A DNA stretch of 63,987 nucleotides, the filler included, from Octopus bimaculoides (taxonomy: Eukaryota), in the NCBI RefSeq assembly GCF_001194135.2. It is 7 parts of 7 records of this genome, joined end to end, with 100 filler letters (N's around TTAATTAATTAA, not from the genome) between each part and the next. Parts side by side here need not be neighbours in the genome. Positions count along the whole stretch, not along the records: positions 1 to 24,869 come from NC_068988.1; 6 more parts are not named here. The stretch is one strand, 5' to 3'. Positions 1-11,465 of this stretch are shown here, in pieces. The translations under genes and the position numbers were made by a program. Each line of letters opens with the position of its first letter. Position 1 is the stretch's first letter. The notes beneath the pieces were generated by a model. It ran no database searches, was not told where the DNA came from, and was given only the letters and a program-made list of their open reading frames with translations.

Positions 1-1
1 T

Positions 2-8
<7 letters not shown>

Positions 9-32
<24 letters not shown>

Positions 33-300
33 GTTTAACGTCCGCTTTCCATGCTAGCATGGGTTGGACGATTTGATTGAGGACTGGTGAAACCGGATGG
101 CAACACCAGGCTCCAATCTAATTTGGCAGAGTTTCTACAGCTGGATGCCCTTCCTAACGCCAACCACTCAGAGAGTGTAGTGGGTGCTTTCACGTGTCAC
201 CCGCACGAAGGCTAGTCAGGCGGTACTGGCAACGCTCGAAATGGTGTATTTTATGTGCCACCCGCACAAGAGCCAGTCCAGGGGCACTGGCAACGATCCC
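9..300 (-). mobile_element. SINE with (GAT)n tail and RTE-like 3' end (family B), young copy
   Basis: Nearly identical to copies at ~24640-24869 and ~50078-50290. Sense strand ends ...GCATGGAAAGCGGACGTTAAACGATGATGATG and contains the internal motif TGGTTGGCGTTAGGAAGGGCATCCAGC. Confidence 0.8.
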
Positions 301-326
301 CATTTTAATTTTCGTAAAAGTTTCCA

Positions 327-511
327 AGTACCAATGAGGCTTTTTGGCACATCTTCAATTTTCCCCATTCATGAGAGGCGCCCAGTCATCATTCATCTGA
401 AAGTCCATCTACAAAATGTCCTCAAATTTCTATACAGCATATTTTGCCTTTTTTTCTTCAAGTATATAAGCAACAATTTCATTCCCGAGCAACGCCGGGT
501 GCCTCTGCTAG
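327..511 (+). mobile_element. Helitron 3' end with a Rep/helicase coding relic
   Basis: Translates STNEAFWHIFNF / PIHERRPVIIHLKVHLQN across a 1-nt frameshift, matching the Helitron motif NEAxWRIxxFPIHERxPxVxHLxVHL. Followed by hairpin CCCGAGCAACGCCGGG (484-499), CTAG (508-511) and T. Confidence 0.85.
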
Positions 512-1074
512 TATAATATAATACAAACAGAATGTAATACTAGAAATATATTGATACAATGATAATATCACATAATAAGACAAATATATTTATACAAATA
601 TAATAATGCAACTAAAATATATTATGAGACATATTTATATAATACAAATATATTTATGCAACAATAATTATCGTTTAAATGGAAAGACTAGCGTAAATTA
701 AACTGAAAAAAACAATAATCGATTCAAAATCTATGTCTCTTGTTTTGATAAATACATACAAAGTTGATCAATTTGCTGGCTGTTTTTCAATCTTTGTTTA
801 AGTAATCCATTATACTGTATATATATGTGTGTGTGTTTATGTATGTGCGTTTGTATATATATATATATGAGTAAATATTCAAATGTGAATATTCATATAG
901 ATATTATTATCGTTATTATTATCGGTAAATATAAATAATTGATAATAACAACAAAAATATAAGTGGTTACAGGAGTTAAATAGCATTAGATAGCTATAGA
1001 ATTAATATTTATATTTATCAAAAGGTGCCTATGTATATATACATTTCAATGTAGGTACTACCCTGCGCTGTCAG

Positions 1075-1125
<51 letters not shown>

Positions 1126-1595
1126 TACTTACATAAATTAAGAAATGGAGTTAAACGCAGGTGTTATTCAAATCTTTATACTTCCAACATATGTTTCGAA
1201 GAAAACATTGGTATTATTCCAGAAGGAATAAAATGATGTAAAACAATGTAATCATCTCATCAAGAAAAAAAAAAGAGAAACAAAAGACGTCAATAAGCCA
1301 ATTTAACCAAATGTGATTACCGTGTATATGATGAAGGAAACGCTGGTAAGTTATTTTTAAAAAAAACGTTAATAGATTTAACGTCAAAAGCAACTTAGAG
1401 AAAGAGAAAGAGGAGAAAGAATGAAATTTACAGAAAGTTAAGAGTGGAGAAATACAGTTCGATAGATGAGTGGAAATAAAGCTTAAATGCGTCTAAATAG
1501 ATATATGTAGTGGAAATGAAATGTAAGAAGACAGATAAAAGTCGAATTTTATAGATTGATAGAAATTACTTATAGGAACTAAAAGGATGTTTTTG

Positions 1596-1784
1596 CTAAT
1601 GTTTGCAACGATAAACGCGTTCTTTAAACGCGTTTACAAGAGAATTCTCCGAAAACAGAATGAGATACTGTTCTTCGTAACAGAGCAGACAAAAGGATTT
1701 ACCTTTATCATATGGAAAGGACCTAGTTAGAATATTCCATTCTAAATCAAATTGTTTATTATCTCCTCCCAAATTAACATACAT
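1596..1784 (-). mobile_element. Penelope-like element, GIY-YIG endonuclease C-terminal fragment
   Basis: ORF ...LEWNILTRSFPYDKGKSFCLLCYEEQYLILFSENSLVNAFKERVYRCKH matches the PLE C-terminal pattern W.IL...PY......C.LC.EEK..IL.....LLN.R.E....CRH. Confidence 0.75.
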
Positions 1785-1789
1785 ATTGC

Positions 1790-1900
1790 AGTGGTCCTTC
1801 AGTTTTTCTAACCCCTGTTAAAGCACTCGGAAGGTTGGACCTCCAGCCAGGCCTTTTGCGATTCCCTTAAAACCAGGAACTTTTCAGTACCCCTTCGTAC
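1790..1900. mobile_element. mariner-type MITE, one end
   Basis: AAACCAGGAACTTTTCAGTACCCCTTCGTA (1870-1899) is the reverse complement of a TACGAAGGGGTACTGAAAAGTTCC mariner-like TIR. Same family as 45490-45684. Confidence 0.55.
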
Positions 1901-1909
1901 ATATGTATG

Positions 1910-1943
<34 letters not shown>

Positions 1944-1967
1944 TGTATGTATGTATGTATGTATAAG

Positions 1968-2180
1968 TGAAGGTCCATGGCCAAGTAGTTTGGGTGTTGC
2001 AAGCAAGATCACAATTTCGATTCCCGAACCGGGTGGCGCGTTGTGTTCTTGAGCAAAACGCTTCATTTCACGCTAGTCCAGTCTACTTAGTCATAAATGA
2101 GTGACCCTGCGACAGAATGGCGTCCCATCCAGGGGTATTTTGTATTCTCGGACACTTATATGCCATAGAAACCGGCGCTA
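1968..2180 (+). mobile_element. tRNA-derived SINE (family D), degenerate
   Basis: B-box-like TTCGATTCCC followed by GCGTTGTGTTCTTGAGCAAAAC, as in the minus-strand copies at 7812-8110 and 22430-22750. Confidence 0.6.
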
Positions 2181-4809
2181 TAAGTCCTAGAATTCGACAC
2201 AGTAATTACTGAATATATACCATACTCATGATACAGTACCAGCTGCCTAAGTTTCATACAGTAGCACTCCAGTAGTAGAAGAGAAGAGTGTAATTCACCA
2301 TCCAGCACGGTTTTTTCTCTCCCAAATCACTCAAAAGGTAACATCTAAGAGTACTGGTCCTTGATTTCTTTACGAAACATTTTTGTGAATTCCCGAGATT
2401 TTTCGTGTCTTCATACATGTGTGTATNNNNNNNNNNNNNNNNNNNNNNNNNNNNNNNNNNNNNNNNNNNNNNNNNNNNNNNNNNNNNNNNNNNNNNNNNN
2501 NNNNNNNNNNNNNNNNNNNNNNNNNNNNNNNNNNNNNNNNNNNNNNNNNNNNNNNNNNNNNNNNNNNNNNNNNNNNNNNNNNNNNNNNNNNNNNNNNNNN
2601 NNNNNNNNNNNNNNNNNNNNNNNNNNNNNNNNNNNNNNNNNNNNNNNNNNNNNNNNNNNNNNNNNNNNNNNNNNNNNNNNNNNNNNNNNNNNNNNNNNNN
2701 NNNNNNNNNNNNNNNNNNNNNNNNNNNNNNNNNNNNNNNNNNNNNNNNNNNNNNNNNNNNNNNNNNNNNNNNNNNNNNNNNNNNNNNNNNNNNNNNNNNN
2801 NNNNNNNNNNNNNNNNNNNNNNNNNNNNNNNNNNNNNNNNNNNNNNNNNNNNNNNNNNNNNNNNNNNNNNNNNNNNNNNNNNNNNNNNNNNNNNNNNNNN
2901 NNNNNNNNNNNNNNNNNNNNNNNNNNNNNNNNNNNNNNNNNNNNNNNNNNNNNNNNNNNNNNNNNNNNNNNNNNNNNNNNNNNNNNNNNNNNNNNNNNNN
3001 NNNNNNNNNNNNNNNNNNNNNNNNNNNNNNNNNNNNNNNNNNNNNNNNNNNNNNNNNNNNNNNNNNNNNNNNNNNNNNNNNNNNNNNNNNNNNNNNNNNN
3101 NNNNNNNNNNNNNNNNNNNNNNNNNNNNNNNNNNNNNNNNNNNNNNNNNNNNNNNNNNNNNNNNNNNNNNNNNNNNNNNNNNNNNNNNNNNNNNNNNNNN
3201 NNNNNNNNNNNNNNNNNNNNNNNNNNNNNNNNNNNNNNNNNNNNNNNNNNNNNNNNNNNNNNNNNNNNNNNNNNNNNNNNNNNNNNNNNNNNNNNNNNNN
3301 NNNNNNNNGAAAATGTCCCTTTTATTTGGAAACTATGGAAATATTTCTAGAAAACATTTCATTTCATTTTTCCCACAATTTAATTGTTTTTCATGCTTTA
3401 CTCCAAGTTGAAAAAGTCGCAAAGACTGAAACCGGTACTAAAATTTTCTTCATGATAAAATTATTTTAGCATTTTCTACTTTGTCTTATTTTCCTTATAT
3501 GTGTGTGTGTGTGTGTGTGTTCTAAGTATGTATGTATGTATGTATGTATATTACTGAGATACGTTGTGGTCCTTCAAAGTGACCGACTTTCTAACAACCA
3601 CGACCACGAACTTCATAAACCGGAAGTAAATGAAAATTCGCTCTGAATTTTTTTTTTCTTCATTTTTTGGAGTAAGTATACTCACGATCCAAAATTTCAT
3701 GAGGCACCAAAATTCGGTGAAACCTTATAAGAATTCAGGTTTTCTACATTTCACCACAGAACTAAATTGCTAAGTGTATCAACAGACATAGCTACAACCG
3801 AATTAAGTGTTAGTGATACGTCATTTTCCAAAACCACCAACAGAGGCTCACACACGTATGGGTGCGTGTGGTGTGTGAATGGCGTCGCCTCTTTTATGCT
3901 TATTTAATTCGTTTTCATGCTTTTAGCATTAAATTACATTTGCACAAGACTGAACGGCTCACGTGACTTGCATTTTCCAAGAGAGTTCAGAATCAATACA
4001 GGAAGAACGATAAAGGTGGAGGTGGAGATCCAGCTTTCTCGCATTCACTTTCAAAAGTAAATATAAATGGAATAATTGAATAAAAATAACTCTTGGCTGC
4101 TTGTTTATACAATGCCTATGTTCGTTGTTGCAGTAACAATGGGTTCCGTTTTGTTTTTGAAAGTAAGACGTGTGAGCGATACACCAATGTTGATTTTTAC
4201 TGGAGTTCCATAGAAGGTAGTTTGTAGCAAAGCAAGTCTGAAGAATTTTCTGGGTTTAAAGACGAGCCAATTTGGGGAATACAGCTTATGATGTGCTGGT
4301 GTCTATAAGTGATGATCAAAAATTATAAGCCGTACTATTTCTAGCAACTTTAATGGGCTTGTCGCCGCCTGAAGGTTGCCGGTCTGATTTGTAGTGCTGA
4401 CTGATTGGGTTGATGAATAAAAATATGCTTCTTTGGCTGCATGAAGAAGTAACTGAACAACATAGGCGAACATTTAACAGATTTTATTATTGAACATAAA
4501 GACAAAATGCGTTGGCCTTTACAGTAGAAATTGCATAGGGGGAGAGAGATACTACTTGGAGTTACGGTATGTTATTGATATGGCAACCTACTTGCCCGAC
4601 ATTACTGGTGTAGTGATGTCAGTATGTGACAACCTACAATTTTACGAGAAAGAGGGGTCGCCATCTTGTACGTAAAACGACAAGAAAAATAAGAACGCCA
4701 AATACTGCAGTATTCACCTAGAGGGGGTTCCTCTTATACAGATGTATAATGCATAAAAACACAAAAATATATCATAGCAATCGAGAATCATCTGGCACGG
4801 GCCCCGAAA

Positions 4810-4855
4810 CTGCCAGATCACGTGATTTCAGTGAACTACGCTTCTTCAGTGGCAG
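4810..4855 (-). ncRNA. Minimal type-I hammerhead ribozyme motif
   Basis: Minus strand reads CUGCCA-CUGAAGA-AGCG(uaguu)CACU-GAAA-UCACGUGA-UC/UGGCAG: perfect 6-bp stem I, intact core, stem II with one C.A mismatch, 10-nt palindromic stem III, AUC triplet. Confidence 0.75.
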
Positions 4856-5082
4856 GCATCTGCATGCCTGCCAAGTCTCGGTCTCAATAGTATATTGAAT
4901 TACAATCTTTTTCAGTTACTGACGTCGCAAATAGCGAGAAGGCTTATTAAAAAACATAAATGTTAGTGAGGGAAGTTGTATTAATTCCAAAAGACAATCG
5001 CTATATCCAAGTTACTGAAAAGACACTGTAATTCTATACATTGTTGGCAGCAAGCTTTGGCTGGTGTGAGGCAACCGGGATC

Positions 5083-5128
5083 CTGTCACTGAAGAAATAC
5101 TGTACATTGAAATTATGTGATCTAACCC
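5083..5128 (+). ncRNA. Degenerate hammerhead motif related to 4810-4855
   Basis: CTGAAGA (5089-5095), AAT..ATT, GAAA, TTATGTGA, TC. Stem III equals TCACGTGA with two C>T changes; stem I is decayed. Confidence 0.45.
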
Positions 5129-6491
5129 ATGCCAGACGTTTATCATTTATATATGTCTGTGCTTTTACGTACCATGTATCTATATGAGAGGACCTCTCAA
5201 GATGTAGACCTCAGTATTCGGCGTTCTAGCAATACATCCTCGTTAAGCTGGATATGTTTGCCTTTTGCATTAATACTGCTTCTGACGCTAATATTTATTT
5301 TATATTTAATATTTTTGGTTGTTGCATAACATTTTTTCTTTTTTTTTCCAGATGTTTATGGTTACAGCAACAAGAGAATCTACATTTATCCATCGCACAC
5401 CTTCATTCTTTAATATGTATTAACCATCAACACCACTACCAGCACGTGGTCGTGACGACAGAGGAGTTTGTGGTGGTGGTGGTGGTGATAGCCGATCTTC
5501 CGACCGGAACAAGGAAACTATATTTCCATGTATCTTTTCCATAGCTGATACTATCCGTTGGCCCAAACTCTAGCCGTGTAAGAAGAATATACTGGAGCAA
5601 TCACTACTTTTGGAAAATCTTGAAAGGAAATGTCTATCAAATAGACTGGTTTAAAATATTTTAAAATCAACATACAACGACATTTTAAATGAGCAGAAAG
5701 CAGTGTGCATGACAAAACGTTTCCTAAGACATCCCTGTATTATCAGAACTAACACAGTTACGACAACGAAGTCTTTGAAAATACAAAATAATTAAAACTA
5801 AAGCGTATAAGAACAATTAGTTTTTCTGTTACATAATTACCAATATGTTTTAGTATTTTTAGATTTTGCAGACAGGAAAAAAAATTATATCAGATAATTA
5901 CGATTACATTATATTTTAAATCAAATCTGTGTGCAGTGAACAGCTGCTTCACAACCTGCAACGCTGCTAACTTCATTGTAAATATACGGTTATACCAATA
6001 ATTATTGTTGCACTCGGTTATTGATGGTAAAACTCTCTTTAATAATCTAGAGGAGTTAGGCTTTTCAAGAAAAGGAAAGGGAACAGTAAAAATACGCAAT
6101 ACTTTTTAAAGATTGATAAGTAACAATTATCGTTCTTGTTATTAAAATACTCGTGATGGAACTTTTTGTTTCTTTGTTAGAAACTAGCACCCTTCTTCTA
6201 TGAAGAATACTAAGGTGTGTGTGTGTATAATACATACATACATATATATATACATATATATATACACACACACACACTTTATTTGCGGGCTAACAAGGCT
6301 ACCAATTGTTTCATACAAAATTTTCTCATCCAAAATGGAGACGAGTACCAACGCTCTCATGCAGTACGCTCGAACAATTGTAAGGAATATCTTTACATGA
6401 AACTATTGGTACCTTTGTTGACTCACAGACAAAAGAATATTTATCCACCAATGCAGTGTTGAGCACCCATTCTCACTGTTCGATATTAGTA

Positions 6492-6558
<67 letters not shown>

Positions 6559-7146
6559 GCATGCATACATATATACATAGATGCATTACATGTATATATG
6601 CTTTCACATCATCATTGATGTCGTTTTAACATCCACTTTTCCCTGTTCATGGAATTTGTCGAGGCGGGTTTTCTTTGAGTGGATGCCCTTCCTGTCACCA
6701 ACCCTCACCTGTTTCCAAGCAAGGTTATAATATTTCCCCCTTACCATACACGTTTTCACGGAACATTTGAAACAAAAGACACCCACAACTATCACGCGAT
6801 GTCAAGGCAACGAAATGCTAACTCACACACACAAATTTGTAATGCATTCCTAAAACTGGTTTCAATGGTTCAAAGACCAATTAAGTACTTAAATATTCGT
6901 AAAGATGTGTACACATTTTTTTTTAATGAATTAAACTGGTTACTTTATTAGCAAAACGTGTTTTATATTTAATTTAATCAATATTCTTGATACACCTTCA
7001 AATACATGCTACTAGCAACTGTAAATTGTCTCCCTTAGCTCGTTTTTGTTTAGATTATGCAAATTACTTGGCTATAAATGTGTCCTACTCCTTTTTTTAC
7101 AAGTCTAAATCCTTTTAGCTACTGAAAATGAGGTCGGACAATTGTC

Positions 7147-7182
7147 GCACTGATGATGGGCTATTGAATCAGAAACGTTTCT
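7147..7182 (+). ncRNA. Degenerate hammerhead / PLE terminal-repeat relic
   Basis: CTGATGA ... GAAACGTT is present, but stems I and II pair poorly. Confidence 0.35.
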
Positions 7183-7811
7183 ATAACTGTTCTCTCATCT
7201 TTAGACAATAAGCTTATCATTTTCATAAAAATAGCTTATTAATTACAGGTAAGGACACGGTATTTCCTTATGCAACCATCATATAGTACCAAGTATATTA
7301 AAGGCGTCTAAGTCAATGCTAAGTCCTACCTGTGTTAGCAGTGCGATTTAATCATTTTTTTTTTAAAGTTATTCTCTGAAGATTTTCTGTACAAATTAGA
7401 GCCAGCACTGAAAGTTACAATGTTTCGTATACGAATACATCTATGTAAACAATGCGATCAAAGATAGAAAAATAGGTCATAAATGTACCTATTACAATGT
7501 GGTTTGTGGATGGTTAATGGTGTGGTGCTGAAGGAGCAATAAATAACTTCTGAAACACGCATATACATACATTACCTATCTTCGTATCCTCAATTACGTT
7601 GGTATACGAAATGTCGTAACTTTTAGTGCTGGCTCTAAGTTCTCAGTACCATTGTGAAATATTCAGTCACCACAATCACTCCCTTGCATAGATTCGTTGA
7701 CTTGTCCGAATGTGAGCATTCTAATAACCATTTTCACTCTGTAAATCATTCATTAGATTGCATTTAATATTTCCAGTTTATTTGACTATTTCTACCTTAT
7801 ATAGACTGTCA

Positions 7812-8110
7812 CTCTGTCGATTACGACGAGGGTTTCAACTGATATGATCAATGGAACAGCCTACTTATGAGGTTAACGTGTAAGTGGCTGAGTACTCCAC
7901 AGACATGCGTACCCTTAATGTAGTTCTTAGAGAGATTCAGCATGACAAGGCCAGCCCTTTGAATTACAGGTACAACTCATTTTTGCCAGTTCAGTGGACT
8001 GGAACAATGTGAAATAAAGTGCCTTGCTCAAGGACACAACGTGATGCCAGGAATAGAACTCATGACCTCACGATTGAAAGCTGAACACCCTAACCACTAA
8101 ACCAAGTGCC
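7812..8110 (-). mobile_element. tRNA-derived SINE (family D)
   Basis: Highly similar to 22430-22750. Sense head has A/B-box-like motifs (TTTAGTGGTTAGGG ... GAGTTCTATTCC). Confidence 0.75.
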
Positions 8111-8664
8111 TTCATCCTGCCTTTTATAAACAGCCTCACACAACTTACAAACCTTTCATAACAGCCAGCCACTGATGAGGCCTTTATTGGTTTCAAATTC
8201 TGGCACAAGGCCAGCAATTTCGGGGGAAGGGGAAAGTCAAAAATATTGACCCCCGATCTACTGGTACTTATTTTATCGACCCCCCAAAAGGATGAAAGGC
8301 AAAGTTGAACAAAATGCTGCTTATCATTTTGCCTGGAGGGCTAATGGCTCTGCCAGCTCCTTGCCTTCATCACAAGCTAAGGCGCATTTTACTAGTAAAA
8401 CCTGCGTTATCTAGTGACTAGTTAAAGGTAGGCAGTAGGTGTTTGATTTATCAGTAAAAAGACTAGGTTTTCAGTGTCCCACCATTTCAACTAATTAATC
8501 ACTTTAAATATATCTTTAATTTTTATTCAGAAGTTCCGGGTTCAAACCAGCTGGATGGCACCTAGCAGAAATATCTTTTCTCTGAGCTTGCAATGACAAA
8601 TGCCTTGAGGGGAATTGTGTGGATGAAAACTGACAAGAAGCAGATTAAATATCTTCTATCTTTT

Positions 8665-9005
8665 CCTTGTTTCAGTCATTTGACTGCGGCCATGCTGGGG
8701 CACCATCTTGAAGAACTTTTAGTTGAATGAATCAACATCGGTACTTGTTTTTTTTTTTAGCCTTGTACTTACTCTATCAGTCTCTTTTGCTGAACTGCCA
8801 GATTACATGGACGGACACAAACACTGGTTGTCAAGAGGCAGTGAAGGACAACCATGCACACACGACAGGCTTCTTTCAGTTTCCATCAACCAAATCCACT
8901 CACAAGGTTATAATATAGTAGAAAACACTTACCCAAGGTGCCACAGTGGGATTGAACCTGGAACCCTGTGTCTAGAAAGCAAACTACTTACCACACACCC
9001 ACAAC
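8665..9005 (-). mobile_element. tRNA-derived SINE (family C)
   Basis: TTGTTTCAGTCATTTGACTGCGGCCATGCTGG ... CCAAATCCACTCACAAGG ... GGGATTGAACC. Further copies near 14020-14330(+), 15360-15530, 16330-16510, 17275-17680, 21600-21840, 24372-24530(+), 27790-28000, 48295-48465, 51015-51160, 53525-53765(+). Confidence 0.8.
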
Positions 9006-9442
9006 TGAATTCTGGAAGAATGCTGTGGCAAACGCATCAATAACTGATTGGAGCAAAAGTATTTCTGGGCCTGGAAATGCTAGTCTTTAGGGTGCACTTT
9101 TAAATGTTCTGTATGAGGAGTCACCAATAAATATCTTAAGGTGTAGGGATTTGTAGGGCTCGTGAGGACTTTGCATGGTGTCCCAAAAAAGATGAGGTAG
9201 AAGGTATTTCTTGAGATCAGGACACATGCACATGCCTCTACAGATAGTAATATTTCTCTTCAGAGAGAAAACAGTTGAAAGAATTTGGTAAAACAGGAAC
9301 TAGTTCAAGAGCACACCGTTTTATGAATGGTGTCTGGGATTATTACCTTGTTGGGATCGAGTGATTACAAAAGTTTCTGCATTTGGTAACAACAATGTGT
9401 GTGATGACACAGGTGGAGGAGAGAATTTGGGACGGGTAAGAA

Positions 9443-9451
9443 AGAGAGAGA

Positions 9452-9544
<93 letters not shown>

Positions 9545-9611
9545 NNNNNNNNNNNNNNNNNNNNNNNNNNNNNNNNNNNNNNNNNNNNNNNNNNNNNNNN
9601 NNNNNNNNNNN

Positions 9612-9652
<41 letters not shown>
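9443..9652. repeat. (GA)n microsatellite spanning a gap
   Basis: Direct observation. One of dozens of (CA)n, (TA)n, (GA)n, (TATG)n, (TTA)n and (CAT)n tracts in the window. Confidence 0.95.
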
Positions 9653-9655
<3 letters not shown>

Positions 9656-9813
9656 AACAAATATACTCGTTCTTTTACACCTGATGTGAAGGAGGAATTT
9701 ACCAATTCAATAGAGACTCTTTTTGCAATTCTTCATAAAGACCTGTTGTAAATTGGGAGAAAAGATGCTTGCAAGTCAAGCAATACAAATGTATGTTTGT
9801 GTATGTATGTATG

Positions 9814-9849
<36 letters not shown>

Positions 9850-10221
9850 TATACATGTGTGGAGAGAGAACGAGTGTGTGTGTGTGCACATGTGTCTTTA
9901 CATTTGTGCTTTATGCATGTCACAAGCAATGAGTGGTGTTGTCACATCTCTTGTCAACAAATTGCCGGCCAGCTTTGTGTCTCTGTAGATGTATGGAATA
10001 AGAGATCTCTTACTTTAGAAGGAGACAAGGGTTAGCAGCAAGAAAGGCATCCAGCTGTAAGAAACAAAACCTCAGTAGTATCCATACACAAGGATGGCAA
10101 TGAATATGCACCACAGAAGCAAGCAGTTAATGACTTTACAATGACACCTCCCCACCAAAAAAAAAAAACACACACACACAAAGATTAAATAAAGAACAGT
10201 AATATATTTTCTTTTGTTGTT

Positions 10222-10227
10222 TTTATT
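10222..10227 (-). other. Candidate polyadenylation signal (AATAAA) of the DEPDC1-like gene
   Basis: TTTATT on the plus strand ~660 nt beyond the stop codon. The actual transcript end is not known. Confidence 0.35.
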
Positions 10228-10449
10228 ATAAATATAAATGATATACTGAGAAATGCTTGTTGTGACAGTGATTGTGTGAGCAGTAAGCCGTCTATGTTAT
10301 GAGATTATTGTGTTAAAAGTAAGACTGAAACAGTGATGGCTGCAGCTAAGGCATAATAAAGAAGGGTTTAGTTTCAACAGAAACCACAAAGTTGAACTGC
10401 AACAGCCACTGTCTTCTGACATCAGGCAAGATCTTTACATTCCTCAATC

Positions 10450-10700
10450 AGCCGAGGATCTATTATTTCACTTGCCAGGGTCAGCTGAGGTACTGTTACC
10501 CTGCCTACCCAAGTTAACCAAGGTACCATAAGTCTGCATACCCTGGTCAACCAAGGTACATTACTCTACGTACCTCAGTAAACCAATGTACCCTTACTAT
10601 ATATGCTCCAGTGAACCAAGGTACCCTCACTCTAAACACTCCAGTCAGTCAATGTACCATTACTTCACTTGCCTCAGCCAGCCAAAGTATAAATATCATT
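10450..10700. repeat. Degenerate 33-bp minisatellite, ~8 units
   Basis: Unit starts at 10450, 10483, 10516, 10549, 10581, 10614, 10647, 10680 (spacing 33 except one 32). Core AACCAAGGTACC. Confidence 0.85.
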
Positions 10701-10889
10701 TTGTTGGTTTGCCTGAGCTACTGAGTCACTCTATTGATATGTGCTTTGTGTTAAAAAGATGCTCAAAACGTAAATTCTTTTGTTCCAACTATACAAATTC
10801 CAATGCTAGTCTTCAAATTTCCACAACAACTTTGCTTATACAAGAATGGAACATGGATGTAAAGAAAAAAATAATCAAAGATGAAGGAT

Positions 10890-11027
10890 TTAAGACCGAA
10901 GTGTCCGCAGGCGTCTTAAAGGTCTTGGTAAGTGAATGTTGCGTTGGATCTTGAGTGGTGGTGCAGCAGGTATTGGATTCCTGAAGCCAAGTTCATTTTC
11001 ATAAATCTTAGGATACAATTTCTGAAA
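10890..11027 (-). CDS. DEPDC1: DEPDC1/DEPDC1B-like protein, terminal coding exon
   Basis: Pyrimidine tract plus AG (11028-11029), then FQKLYPKIYENELGFRNPIPAAPPLKIQRNIHLPRPLRRLRTLRS-stop (TAA 10890-10892). Resembles the recalled DEPDC1 C-terminus FQKxYPxxY...LR. Phase 0. Not in the ORF track. Confidence 0.85.
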   Translation of the reverse strand, partial: FQKLYPKIYENELGFRNPIPAAPPLKIQRNIHLPRPLRRLRTLRS

Positions 11028-11465
11028 CTAACAAAAGAAGAAAATGTTATTCGAAAAATGTTATTCCTGGTGTTGGATATACAATTTAACAAAGCAGGAA
11101 GAAGAAAGTATTTACATGACGCAATACAATCACTGTTCCACAAGACTCCACACTCTCATTCAACAGCTCACAGTGAACTGCTTCCCAACCTTAACTGCCG
11201 ATTGCTCACAGTTCTTTCTTTTATAATAATAAGACAGTCCACTTTTAGTCACTTAGGGGTTGGTTGGAATCCTTCCACAACAGTAATTAAATAACTTTAT
11301 CTTCATTGACTTGATGCTTGGAACAGAATCTAATATGAAATTTTGATGGAAGTTTTAGTTTAGATCACTTTAAGCCTTTTGTTATCATATTTTTGCTAAA
11401 TATGCCTTTCTTACAATTTATTTTAAAAATAATGAAATGTTTCTCATTATTAAGAAACTATCAAG

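Noticed and set aside
1182-1228. GAAACAUAUGUU palindrome on minus, downstream of the PLE GIY-YIG relic
   Set aside because: No CUGANGA core remains, so it is too decayed to call a hammerhead.
2361-3469. Long ORFs over N gaps (also near 19762, 27968, 29476, 32015, 44421, 51068)
   Set aside because: They are open only because N codons are translated as X.
4080-4440. Minus-strand reading AAKEAYFYSS...KPRKFFRLALLQ, vaguely LINE-like
   Set aside because: Interrupted by stops, and no diagnostic motif is recognised.
4818-4825. TCACGTGA read as an E-box
   Set aside because: Better explained as the palindromic stem III of the hammerhead at 4810-4855.
8168-8200. CTGATGA-GGCC..GGTT half hammerhead
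   Set aside because: GAAA and stem III are missing; the sequence runs into a SINE tail.
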